Positions 9,906 through 18,619 of a stretch of DNA of 42,767 nt are shown here, in pieces (positions within the stretch are counted from its first letter, which is position 1; each line of letters opens with the position of its first letter). The translations under genes were made by a program, and so were the position numbers. The stretch is from Deltaproteobacteria bacterium. GTDB lineage: Bacteria > Desulfobacterota > Desulfobulbia > Desulfobulbales > SURF-16. The stretch spans positions 5,034 to 47,800 of the forward strand of contig JACQYM010000109.1 of NCBI GenBank assembly GCA_016208225.1. The letters are read 5' to 3'. Below the pieces are notes generated by a model. That model was given only the letters and a program-made list of their open reading frames with translations. It did not search any database and had not been told where the DNA came from.

Positions 9906-10466
9906 ATGATACCCACGGTAGAGACCTGTCTGCAGCTGATGGATGAGCACCGGATGCTCGACAACATCAGGGAGCACTCCAGGGTGGTGGCCAGGGTGGC
10001 CGAATTGATCACCACCGGGCTCAGGCAGCAGGGAGAGACGCTTGACCTTGACCTGATCACCGCCGGGGCCCTGCTCCATGACATTGCCAAAACTCATTGT
10101 CTGGACAGCCGCTGCGACCATGCCAAGGTGGGCAGCGCCATCTGCCGGGACCTTGGTTTCCATGAAACCGCCGAGATTGTGGCCGAGCACGTGCTGCTGA
10201 AAAGCAACGGCAGCGGCCCGGTCACGGAAAAGGAAATCGTCTATTACGCCGACAAACGGGTCAACCATGACCGGGTTGTCAGTCTCCATGAGCGGCTGGA
10301 CTATATCCTGGATCGCTATGCCCGCAATGACGAGGTGCGTCAGGAGCTGATCCGCCAGAATTTCGATAAATGCCTCGTTGTGGAGCAACGGGTTTTTGCC
10401 GCCCTTGATTTCAGGCCTGAGCAGGTGGCCGCACTTGTCATGTCCCGCAGGGATTGGAGGGTTTAA
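9906..10466 (+). CDS. HD-domain (HDIG-type) metalloprotein
   Basis: H..., ALLHDIAK, DHA, AEH, YADKR metal-ligand pattern. Start at ATG 9906 after a G-rich RBS. Confidence 0.85.
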   Translation: MIPTVETCLQLMDEHRMLDNIREHSRVVARVAELITTGLRQQGETLDLDLITAGALLHDIAKTHCLDSRCDHAKVGSAICRDLGFHETAEIVAEHVLLKSNGSGPVTEKEIVYYADKRVNHDRVVSLHERLDYILDRYARNDEVRQELIRQNFDKCLVVEQRVFAALDFRPEQVAALVMSRRDWRV

Positions 10467-11258
10467 ATGGATGATCAGGCGCAGAACGCCATCGCTGTTA
10501 TACTCCTGAATCTGGGCGGCCCGGAGCGGCTGCAGGATGTGGAGCCGTTTCTGTTCAACCTCTTTGCCGACCGCCGCATTATCCGGCTTGGTCCGGCATT
10601 GCTGCAGAAGACCCTGCAGCAGCTCGCCGACCTGAACATCTCCCGCATTATCGCCCTGACCCTCTACCCCCATTACTCCAAGGCCACCACCGGTTCTTCC
10701 CTGGATGATCTGCGCGAGGCGGCCGCCGCCTTCCCTGCCTTTTTCGATATCGCGGAAATAGCCGCCTGGCCGGATCAGCCCGATTACATCAACTGCCTGG
10801 CTGCCGCCATTCAGGCCGGCATGCGGCAGTTCGGCGGAGAGGATACCCAGCTCGTCTACAGCGCCCACAGCCTGCCGGTGCAGTTTATTGAGGAGGGCGA
10901 CCCGTATCTGGATGATATGCAGAAAACGATCAGGGGGGTGGAGAAGATCACCGGCCTGGCCGGCCATCTCTGCTTTCAGAGCAGAAGCGGCCCGGTTGAA
11001 TGGCTCTCCCCGTCAACCCCGGAAATGCTGGAAAAACTGGCGGCCCAGGGCTGCAGGAAGGTGTTGATGGTGCCCATCAGTTTTGTCTCCGACCATGTGG
11101 AAACCCTGTACGAGATTGATATCCAGTACCGGGAAATGGCCGAGGAACTGGGCATGACCCTGAAACGGACCGAATCCCTGAACGTCATGCCCCGCTTCAT
11201 CACCGGCTTGAAGACCCTGGTTGAGGCGGCCGCCCGGCAGCAGAACTGGCTGGCGTAA
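10467..11258 (+). CDS. hemH: Ferrochelatase with an apparent in-frame internal deletion (possibly non-functional)
   Basis: LLNLGGP, LYPHYS, SAHSLP, GDPY, FQSR.GP..WL.P, PISFVSDHVETLYE are present. The YxxIGGxSPL...MRY segment is absent and the protein is only 263 aa. Confidence 0.88.
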   Translation: MDDQAQNAIAVILLNLGGPERLQDVEPFLFNLFADRRIIRLGPALLQKTLQQLADLNISRIIALTLYPHYSKATTGSSLDDLREAAAAFPAFFDIAEIAAWPDQPDYINCLAAAIQAGMRQFGGEDTQLVYSAHSLPVQFIEEGDPYLDDMQKTIRGVEKITGLAGHLCFQSRSGPVEWLSPSTPEMLEKLAAQGCRKVLMVPISFVSDHVETLYEIDIQYREMAEELGMTLKRTESLNVMPRFITGLKTLVEAAARQQNWLA

Positions 11259-11294
11259 ACCTTTCCACTGTCGCATGACAGTGTAGCATGGCCC

Positions 11295-11359
11295 TGCCAC
11301 ACAATGTGTGGCACGCCGCATCTCGTGCCACACATTCCTTTTTGTCCGTTCTGCCACAC
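11295..11359. promoter_or_regulatory. Candidate enhancer-binding-protein sites (TGCCACAC repeats)
   Basis: Perfect palindrome TGCCACACA-A-TGTGTGGCA at 11295-11313; further TGCCACAC at 11326 and 11352. Confidence 0.65.
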
Positions 11360-11378
11360 CAAACAAATAGCTTTATAT

Positions 11379-11391
11379 TATCAATATGTTG
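11379..11391 (+). promoter_or_regulatory. IHF binding site
   Basis: TATCAA-TATG-TTG matches WATCAANNNNTTR and has an AT-rich 5' flank. Confidence 0.65.
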
Positions 11392-11419
11392 CCTGGTAAA
11401 TGCCATGTGCCGACGCCTG

Positions 11420-11435
11420 TGGCACGTCTGCTGCA
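11420..11435 (+). promoter_or_regulatory. Sigma54 (-24/-12) promoter
   Basis: TGGCACG-TCTG-CTGCA versus consensus TGGCACG-N4-TTGCW. Confidence 0.75.
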
Positions 11436-11496
11436 TTTCTTTAAATTAAAAAATAGAAATGCAGCACCTCTTGAAAGGGACAAAGGGGGGACGGTC

Positions 11497-11715
11497 ATGA
11501 AAAAGAGAACTGAAAACAAGGCATGCACCGCAGTCATCGACAGATACGATTATGATGAAGATATTGCTGAAGCAGCAAGTCATGTCGGGACGGGCACAAT
11601 TTTTAATCTCTGCGCGCTGATCGGCGCCTGGGGGGTTACCTGTCTGGGCAGCGCCGTCGTCCAGTTCGGCATCGCTACAATGGTGAAAGGCTGGTTTGCC
11701 GGCATCACGGGGTAA
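11497..11715 (+). CDS. Small (72 aa) hypothetical membrane protein
   Basis: RBS AAGGGGGG; charged N-half and Gly-rich hydrophobic C-half; preceded by a sigma54 promoter. Confidence 0.7.
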   Translation: MKKRTENKACTAVIDRYDYDEDIAEAASHVGTGTIFNLCALIGAWGVTCLGSAVVQFGIATMVKGWFAGITG

Positions 11716-11724
11716 AGATCTGGA

Positions 11725-11856
11725 AACGGCTTCGTAAAAAGTCTTTTTTCACCACAGAGCACACAGAGATCACAGAGAAATAATATTTAGTACAGCTAGT
11801 TATCTCTGTGGGCTCTGGGCGCTCCGTGGTTGATTTTCAGTTCCTGCGAGTTCGTC
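11725..11856. repeat. MITE-like palindromic repeat with CACAGAG nonamer core (copy 1)
   Basis: Core 11747-11839 is self-complementary. Imperfect outer ends AACGGCTTCGTAAAAAGTC / CAGTTCCTGCGAGTTCGTC. Confidence 0.7.
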
Positions 11857-11866
11857 ACATATGCTT

Positions 11867-11891
11867 AAAGCACCCCGTGGGGTGTTTTTTT
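11867..11891. terminator. Probable bidirectional intrinsic terminator between convergent genes
   Basis: AAAGCACCCC-GT-GGGGTGTTTTTTT. Confidence 0.65.
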
Positions 11892-11937
11892 CACTCCTCA
11901 CTCCTTACTCCTTACTCCTTACTCTTCACTCTCACTT
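11892..11937. repeat. YACTCCT heptamer tract
   Basis: cactcct cactcct tactcct tactcct tactctt. Confidence 0.8.
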
Positions 11938-11950
11938 TACCTGCTCAAGC

Positions 11951-13063
11951 TTACCCCGGCACCTGATAGCGCCGCATGCGGACGCTGATCAGGATGCCGA
12001 TGCCGGCCATGGTGGTGATCAGCGATGAGCCGCCGTAGCTGAACAGGGGCAGCGGCATGCCGACCACGGGCAGCATGCCCATGACCATGGCCAGATTGAT
12101 GAATGCCTGCCAGAAGATAAGCGACACCACGCCGATGCTGAGCAGGGTGCCGAATTTGTCCCGGGAGGAGACGGCGCTGTTCAGCCCCCAGAGGATGAGA
12201 AAAAAATAGATGAAGAGGAACAGGGACGAGCCGATAAAGCCGAATTCCTCGGCCCAGATGGAAAAGGCGAAATCCGTGTGCCGTTCCGGCAGAAAGTCGA
12301 GATGGCCCTGGGTACCCTCCAGATAGCCTTTGCCGGAGAACAGACCGCTGCCCACCGCGATCTTGGATTGCATGATATGATAGCCGGTTTTCAGGGGATC
12401 GGCCTCGGGGTTCAGAAAGGTTTCAATGCGCTGGCGCTGGTATGGTTTGAGGATGAATTTCCAGGCAATGGGGACAAGGGAGGCGCATGTTCCCAGCAGG
12501 ATGCTCAATGTCTGCCATTTGAGTTTGACAAAAAGGGTCATGGAGACAAAGATAAAGCCCAGCATGAGCGCCGTGCCCAGATCCGGCTGTTTCAGGATGA
12601 GCAGAAAGGGCACCAGTGTCAGGGTAATGGGAATGGCCAGTTCCATGAGGGTGAAGCCCTTGCCGGTGTCCTTGCGGGAGTAATAGCTCGCCAGGGTGAT
12701 GACCAGCATCAGTTTGGCCGGCTCGGAGGGCTGCAGGTTAAAAAAACCGAGATTGATCCAGCGCTGCGCCCCTGACAGGGTTTTGCCCATGATGAGGGCA
12801 TAGAGCAGCAGCAGACAGATGAGCCCGTACATCGGATAATTCCAGGCCATGAAAAGACGGTAATCGACGCTGATGATGGCCAGGACCAGTCCCATGCCCA
12901 TGATGAAATAGTAGAGCTGCTTGATGTAGACCGGGGTGCCCGGGGGTTTGTCCGGGTAGATGGCGCTGTAGAGGTTCATCAGGCACATGGTGGCAATGAG
13001 CGCCAGCCAGATGAGGATGATCCAGTCAAAATGCTGCAGAAGTCGTCTGTCAAAGCGTATCAT
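11951..13063 (-). CDS. rodA: Rod shape-determining protein RodA (SEDS)
   Basis: GAQRWI, QPSE.AK, QPDLGT, LPERHTDF, EEFG, LPLFSYGGSS; follows mrdA. Confidence 0.96.
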   Translation of the reverse strand: MIRFDRRLLQHFDWIILIWLALIATMCLMNLYSAIYPDKPPGTPVYIKQLYYFIMGMGLVLAIISVDYRLFMAWNYPMYGLICLLLLYALIMGKTLSGAQRWINLGFFNLQPSEPAKLMLVITLASYYSRKDTGKGFTLMELAIPITLTLVPFLLILKQPDLGTALMLGFIFVSMTLFVKLKWQTLSILLGTCASLVPIAWKFILKPYQRQRIETFLNPEADPLKTGYHIMQSKIAVGSGLFSGKGYLEGTQGHLDFLPERHTDFAFSIWAEEFGFIGSSLFLFIYFFLILWGLNSAVSSRDKFGTLLSIGVVSLIFWQAFINLAMVMGMLPVVGMPLPLFSYGGSSLITTMAGIGILISVRMRRYQVPG

Positions 13064-13100
13064 GATATCTCGAAATTAATAACTGCGCAGGTCGATAGTA

Positions 13101-13195
13101 TGAAAATTAACCACAGAGAGCACAGAGCCCACAGAGATGATGAATCGTAAATAAAAAATATTTTCTCTGTGATCTCTGTGTGCTCTGTGGTGAAA
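13101..13195. repeat. CACAGAG nonamer palindromic repeat (copy 2, inverted relative to copy 1)
   Basis: Reverse complement closely matches 11747-11839. Confidence 0.8.
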
Positions 13196-13202
13196 CCGAA
13201 GT

Positions 13203-15071
13203 TTACGGTGTCGGCGCATCCCCGTTTTTCTCTTTAAAATACATTTCCAGTATCTGTTTGGCAATGGGCGCCGCCACCGAGCCGCCGTGGCCGCTGTGTT
13301 CCACCAGCACGGTCACGGCGATTTCCGGTTTTTCCGCCGGGGCAAAGCAGGTGAACCAGGCGTGGTCCTTGTATTTCCGGGGCAGCTGCGACTCCGGGAT
13401 GCTCTTGAACTTGGCCATGCGCACAACCTGGGCGGTTCCGGTTTTGCCGCCCACAATAATGTTTTCCATTTTAGCGCTGGTGGCGGTGCCGTGTCTGGTG
13501 TTCACGGCATCGATCAGCCCTCTGACGATAAACTCCCGATCCTGGGCCGAACCATTAACCTTGCCGAGCAGCTTGGGCTCGATTTTTTTCATGGTGGAGC
13601 CGTCCGGGTCCTTGATTGCCTCAATAATCTGCGGCTTGTAGAGCTTGCCGCCATTGACGATGGCTGCGGTCATGCGGCAGATCTGCAGCGGGGTCGCCAG
13701 ATTGAAACCCTGGCCGATGGCCACGGACAGTGTTTCGCCGTCCTGCCACTTCTCGTTTTTTTTCATCTTTTTCCAGGCAGAGGTCGGGACCAGTCCCGGT
13801 TTTTCATGCTCCAGCTCAATGCCCGTTTTTTTGCCCAGGCCAAGACTCTCCGCATAGGCGGCAAGGCGGTCCACGCCGACCTTCTGTCCCACCTGGTAAA
13901 AATAGACGTCGCAGGATTCGGAAAGGGCGCGCTGCAGGCTGATTGCCCCGTGCCCTGATTTTTTCCAGCAGCCGTAACGGCGATTATACATATGGAGTCC
14001 GCCGTTGCAGTAGAAAGTGGTCTGCGGGTTGATGACCTTTTCCGACAGGCCGGCCAGGGCGGTGATGATTTTGTAGGTTGAGCCCGGCGGATACTGGCCC
14101 TGCACCGATTTGTCGACCAGGGTATGCAGGGGATCGTTGAGCAGCTCCTGCCATACCCTGGTCGAGATGCCGCCGATGAACTCGTCAAGCTTGAGCGAGG
14201 GGGCGCTGGCAATGGCCAGCAGTTTCCCGGTGTTGACATCCATGGCCACCGCTGCTCCCGCGATCCCTTCCATCGCCTTTTCCGCGGTGTTCTGCAGATC
14301 GATATCCAGGGTCAGCTGCAGATCGTTGCCCGGCATCGGGTCCTGGTGCTGGAGGACCTGCTGTTCAAAGCCGAGGACATCCACCTCAAGGTAGCGGAAT
14401 CCTTTCTCGCCCCGCAGTTCATTTTCAAAAATCTTTTCAATACCCATTTTGCCGATCGGATCACCGCCCTGGTATTTGTTGTATTTGAGGGCCTCAAGCT
14501 CGGTTTTGCTGATCTGTCCCAGATAACCGATGAGGTGCGATGCCATATTGCCGTAAAGGTAATCGCGGCTCGGCACCGCCTCCACCCGCACGCCCGGCAG
14601 TTCAAGGTGATGATTCTCGATGTAGACCAGGGTTTTCCAGTCAATATCCTCTTTGATCAGGATGGGCATATAGCGGGGCTGCCCGGCTGCCTCGCGGATG
14701 CTGGTCAGCAGATTGGAAATATCTTCATTTAATATCTGGGAGAGACGTTTGGTCACCTCATCCGGGTTGGGTGCGTCCTCCTTGGTCCAGAGCAGATTGA
14801 AATAGGGGCGGTTGGTAATGATGACCCGGCCGAACCGGTCAAGGATATTGCCGCGCGGCGCCTGGGTCTGCTGGATGCGGATCCGGTTGTTTTCGGAAAG
14901 TTTTACATACTCTTCCCCGTTTTTGATCTGCAGAAACCAGAGGCGGGCGACCAGCAGGGCGATAAAAACGATGATGACGATGGTGGCGATTTCCACCCGT
15001 TTTTTGAGGACAATAAGCTCCTCTTCATCAATTTTATGTATTTTTTCGACGGCGCGGCGGATTCTGGGCAT
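13203..15071 (-). CDS. mrdA: Penicillin-binding protein 2
   Basis: PRGNILDR, PPGSTYK (SxxK), SCD (SxD), KTGTAQ, DHAWF. Confidence 0.96.
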   Translation of the reverse strand: MPRIRRAVEKIHKIDEEELIVLKKRVEIATIVIIVFIALLVARLWFLQIKNGEEYVKLSENNRIRIQQTQAPRGNILDRFGRVIITNRPYFNLLWTKEDAPNPDEVTKRLSQILNEDISNLLTSIREAAGQPRYMPILIKEDIDWKTLVYIENHHLELPGVRVEAVPSRDYLYGNMASHLIGYLGQISKTELEALKYNKYQGGDPIGKMGIEKIFENELRGEKGFRYLEVDVLGFEQQVLQHQDPMPGNDLQLTLDIDLQNTAEKAMEGIAGAAVAMDVNTGKLLAIASAPSLKLDEFIGGISTRVWQELLNDPLHTLVDKSVQGQYPPGSTYKIITALAGLSEKVINPQTTFYCNGGLHMYNRRYGCWKKSGHGAISLQRALSESCDVYFYQVGQKVGVDRLAAYAESLGLGKKTGIELEHEKPGLVPTSAWKKMKKNEKWQDGETLSVAIGQGFNLATPLQICRMTAAIVNGGKLYKPQIIEAIKDPDGSTMKKIEPKLLGKVNGSAQDREFIVRGLIDAVNTRHGTATSAKMENIIVGGKTGTAQVVRMAKFKSIPESQLPRKYKDHAWFTCFAPAEKPEIAVTVLVEHSGHGGSVAAPIAKQILEMYFKEKNGDAPTP

Positions 15072-15095
15072 GGGCGGGAAATGGGGGAAACCAGG

Positions 15096-15632
15096 TTAAT
15101 CCCTGAAGGTATTTTTGTGTTTCGGCCGCAGAAAAAACAGTCCGGACTTCTTGGGGGACAGCAAGGTGTCAAAGGCCTCAAACACGTTGAACATCGGCAT
15201 GGTGATCAGGCCCAGCAGCAGGGTCTGCAGCAGAATGTCCTTCCAGTACCACGGCAGTTCGTTTTCCGGGGCCAGGAAGGTGGCAAAGGAATAGAGCAGG
15301 CTGTTGGCGAACAGAAAACTGGCAAGCACCAGGGGAATGCGATGGACCACCTCCTGAATGGCCAGTTTTTTCGCCAGACCATGGAGCACAAAAAAGAGCA
15401 GCAGGTAGGTGATCGGATAGATGCCCAGAAAAATTCCGGAGAAAATATCCATGACCAGTCCCAGCAGCAGGAGCAGCAGGGCGCCGTGCACCAGTTCGAG
15501 ACGCATGGCCGTAAAGACGATCAGCACGAAAAAGGGATCAGGGGTGCCGATCCAGTCCGGCAGAATGGTCAGCAGGGAGGTCTGCACCACAAGCAGAAAG
15601 ACGCCGAGAAAAAAATAGGAGATGACAGGCAT
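15096..15632 (-). CDS. mreD: Rod shape-determining protein MreD
   Basis: Highly hydrophobic, PD motif, GLVMDIFSG; located between mreC and mrdA. Confidence 0.85.
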   Translation of the reverse strand: MPVISYFFLGVFLLVVQTSLLTILPDWIGTPDPFFVLIVFTAMRLELVHGALLLLLLGLVMDIFSGIFLGIYPITYLLLFFVLHGLAKKLAIQEVVHRIPLVLASFLFANSLLYSFATFLAPENELPWYWKDILLQTLLLGLITMPMFNVFEAFDTLLSPKKSGLFFLRPKHKNTFRD

Positions 15633-15634
15633 GA

Positions 15635-16495
15635 TCAGTGGTGTTGCTGCCCTAAATCCTGGGCGGCCAGCGAGCTTTCGTGCATGATAATGATCAGATA
15701 TTCGAGCTGCGAAAAATCGACCGCCGGTTCAATATCAATTTTCTGAAACATCCCCCTCTTGCTCTTGGTCACTTCGGACACCTTGCCCACCGGCAGACCT
15801 TTGGGGAAAATATCGCCGAGACCGGAGGTGACGATGGCGTCACCCTTTTCCACATCGGCGTTCTTCAACACATACAGGAGATTGAAGCCGCTGCTGCCGT
15901 TGCCTTTCAGGATGCCCTGCACCCGGTTCTTCTGCACCAGCACGTCAATGGCGCTGTTCGGATCATTGGCCAGGAGAACCTTCGAGTAGTTGGGCGACGT
16001 GTCAAGTATCTGGCCGACCACCCCCTCAACGGTGACGACCGGCATCCCCTTTTCCACGCCCTCGCTGCTTCCCCGGTCAATAATGATGGTGCGGAACCAG
16101 AGGGACGGGTCGCGGCCCACGATCTGCGCGGTCAAGGTGGGCGGCGGGAGGGAATCCTTCAGCTGCAGGAGCTTGCTGAGGCGGACATTGGTGGCCACCG
16201 CCTCGCGGTACTTGATGTTGGTTGCCTTGAACGAATCAAGCTCCTCTCTGAGCCGCGTATTTTCATCCCGCACATGCAGCAGGCCGACGTAGTTGGTCCA
16301 GATGCCGGTGATGCCGCCGGTGAGGCGGATCATGACATACTGCCCTTTGCCGATGAGATCCAGAGCAAGCCGTTGCGGTCCGTTCAATTCCTGACGGCCC
16401 ACGGTGGAGGCGATCAGAATGAGAATGAAGGTCAGGATGGAGCCGAAGAGGAAAAAAATCTTGATCTGCCGTGATTTTTTATTTTTTTTTCTCAT
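15635..16495 (-). CDS. mreC: Rod shape-determining protein MreC
   Basis: TM anchor, coiled coil, IDRG..GV, VTSGLG..FPKG.PVG. Confidence 0.94.
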   Translation of the reverse strand: MRKKNKKSRQIKIFFLFGSILTFILILIASTVGRQELNGPQRLALDLIGKGQYVMIRLTGGITGIWTNYVGLLHVRDENTRLREELDSFKATNIKYREAVATNVRLSKLLQLKDSLPPPTLTAQIVGRDPSLWFRTIIIDRGSSEGVEKGMPVVTVEGVVGQILDTSPNYSKVLLANDPNSAIDVLVQKNRVQGILKGNGSSGFNLLYVLKNADVEKGDAIVTSGLGDIFPKGLPVGKVSEVTKSKRGMFQKIDIEPAVDFSQLEYLIIIMHESSLAAQDLGQQHH

Positions 16496-16504
16496 CAGGA
16501 TAGA

Positions 16505-17554
<1,050 letters not shown>

Positions 17555-17863
17555 TTAGGGGTTAAATTTTGAATAATTTGCATGTTTCAGGATCCGGATC
17601 ATTTCATGAGAGTCCGGCAATGGGATTTCGTAGAGGAAAACTTTCAAAGAATATCCCGCTTGGCGGGACTATATTTGATCGCTCATACTCCTTAAACCTT
17701 AACTTGCACACCTTAGCAAACAAAAAAAATGTTAGCAAGAAAAATGCTTTTTGGGCGATAGTTTGTCGGGTGCGCATTCCGTTCGTCAGGTTTGCCGGGA
17801 AAAAATACTTGACAGCCATAAACCATTCCGATTATATGTGGCCATCATTTTGTCTTGCGGAAT

Positions 17864-17939
<76 letters not shown>

Positions 17940-18073
17940 AAGTAAGGCAGACAGTTGTTTTTCCGGGTCGTCGATATACCTTAAAATAAATTGCGGCTGG
18001 GCGTTCCGTCTCACATACGCAATGAGGATCTTTAATCGGGGAGGGCCTTACAGTTTTTCCTAATATTAAAGAT

Positions 18074-18130
18074 AGCCTCTGTCGGCACTCAAGAATTGGC
18101 CTTCTTTACGCCGCAGAGGCTTTTTTTATT
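18074..18130 (+). terminator. Long-loop intrinsic terminator
   Basis: AGCCTCTG(T)CGGC ... GCCGCAGAGGCT followed by a T-run. Confidence 0.6.
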
Positions 18131-18304
18131 TGCCGGCCGGAAGATCGGTCAAATCGGTAACCGGTGCGGCCTGATTCCGTGCAGGCGGGAATCCCGGTAC
18201 CGTTACCATTGCCATCAATCATCAATCGGCCGGCAGATCATGTGCCAGTTGCCGATTCCCGTTTTTCCTGGGAAAGTATTCCCAGCTGTTCATCGGAGAT
18301 TTTC

Positions 18305-18493
18305 ATGTCCTCAGTCAAAAATCAGGGTGACGCGCAAGACAAGTCCTTGTCAAAGGCGATAACCGATGAAGCGATTCTGAAGGTCACCAAGGAAATCATT
18401 GTCAAGTTTATCGAGTGCGGCCGGCTGTCGCCGGCAAATTTTGACGAAACGTTTGAGCAGGTCTACAAAAAGGTCGTGAGCACGGTCCGGTGA
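18305..18493 (+). CDS. Small hypothetical protein (62 aa)
   Basis: RBS GGAG. Amphipathic helical sequence ILKVTKEIIVKFIE.GRLSP..F. Confidence 0.7.
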   Translation: MSSVKNQGDAQDKSLSKAITDEAILKVTKEIIVKFIECGRLSPANFDETFEQVYKKVVSTVR

Positions 18494-18496
18494 TGA

Positions 18497-18619
18497 TTCC
18501 AGGTCGCCTTCAAACCAGTACCTTTGTCGGCTGCGCTGTGCGGCTCCTCTCCGTACTCCATGTACTGTCTCGTCGCTGCTCGCTTGCCTTCGCGGTCTTG
18601 GTCTGAATGCAACCTGGAA
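18497..18619. mobile_element. MITE with ~21-bp terminal inverted repeats and a TGA target-site duplication
   Basis: TTCCAGGTCGCCTTCAAACCA ... TGGTCTGAATGCAACCTGGAA, flanked by TGA at 18494-18496 and 18620-18622. Confidence 0.75.

Noticed and set aside
11309-11324. Second sigma54 promoter at TGGCACG
   Set aside because: No GC at the -12 position; it is part of the upstream palindrome.
2223-13195. Repeat tracts as a CRISPR array
   Set aside because: Short-period degenerate tandem repeats, no repeat-spacer structure, no cas genes.
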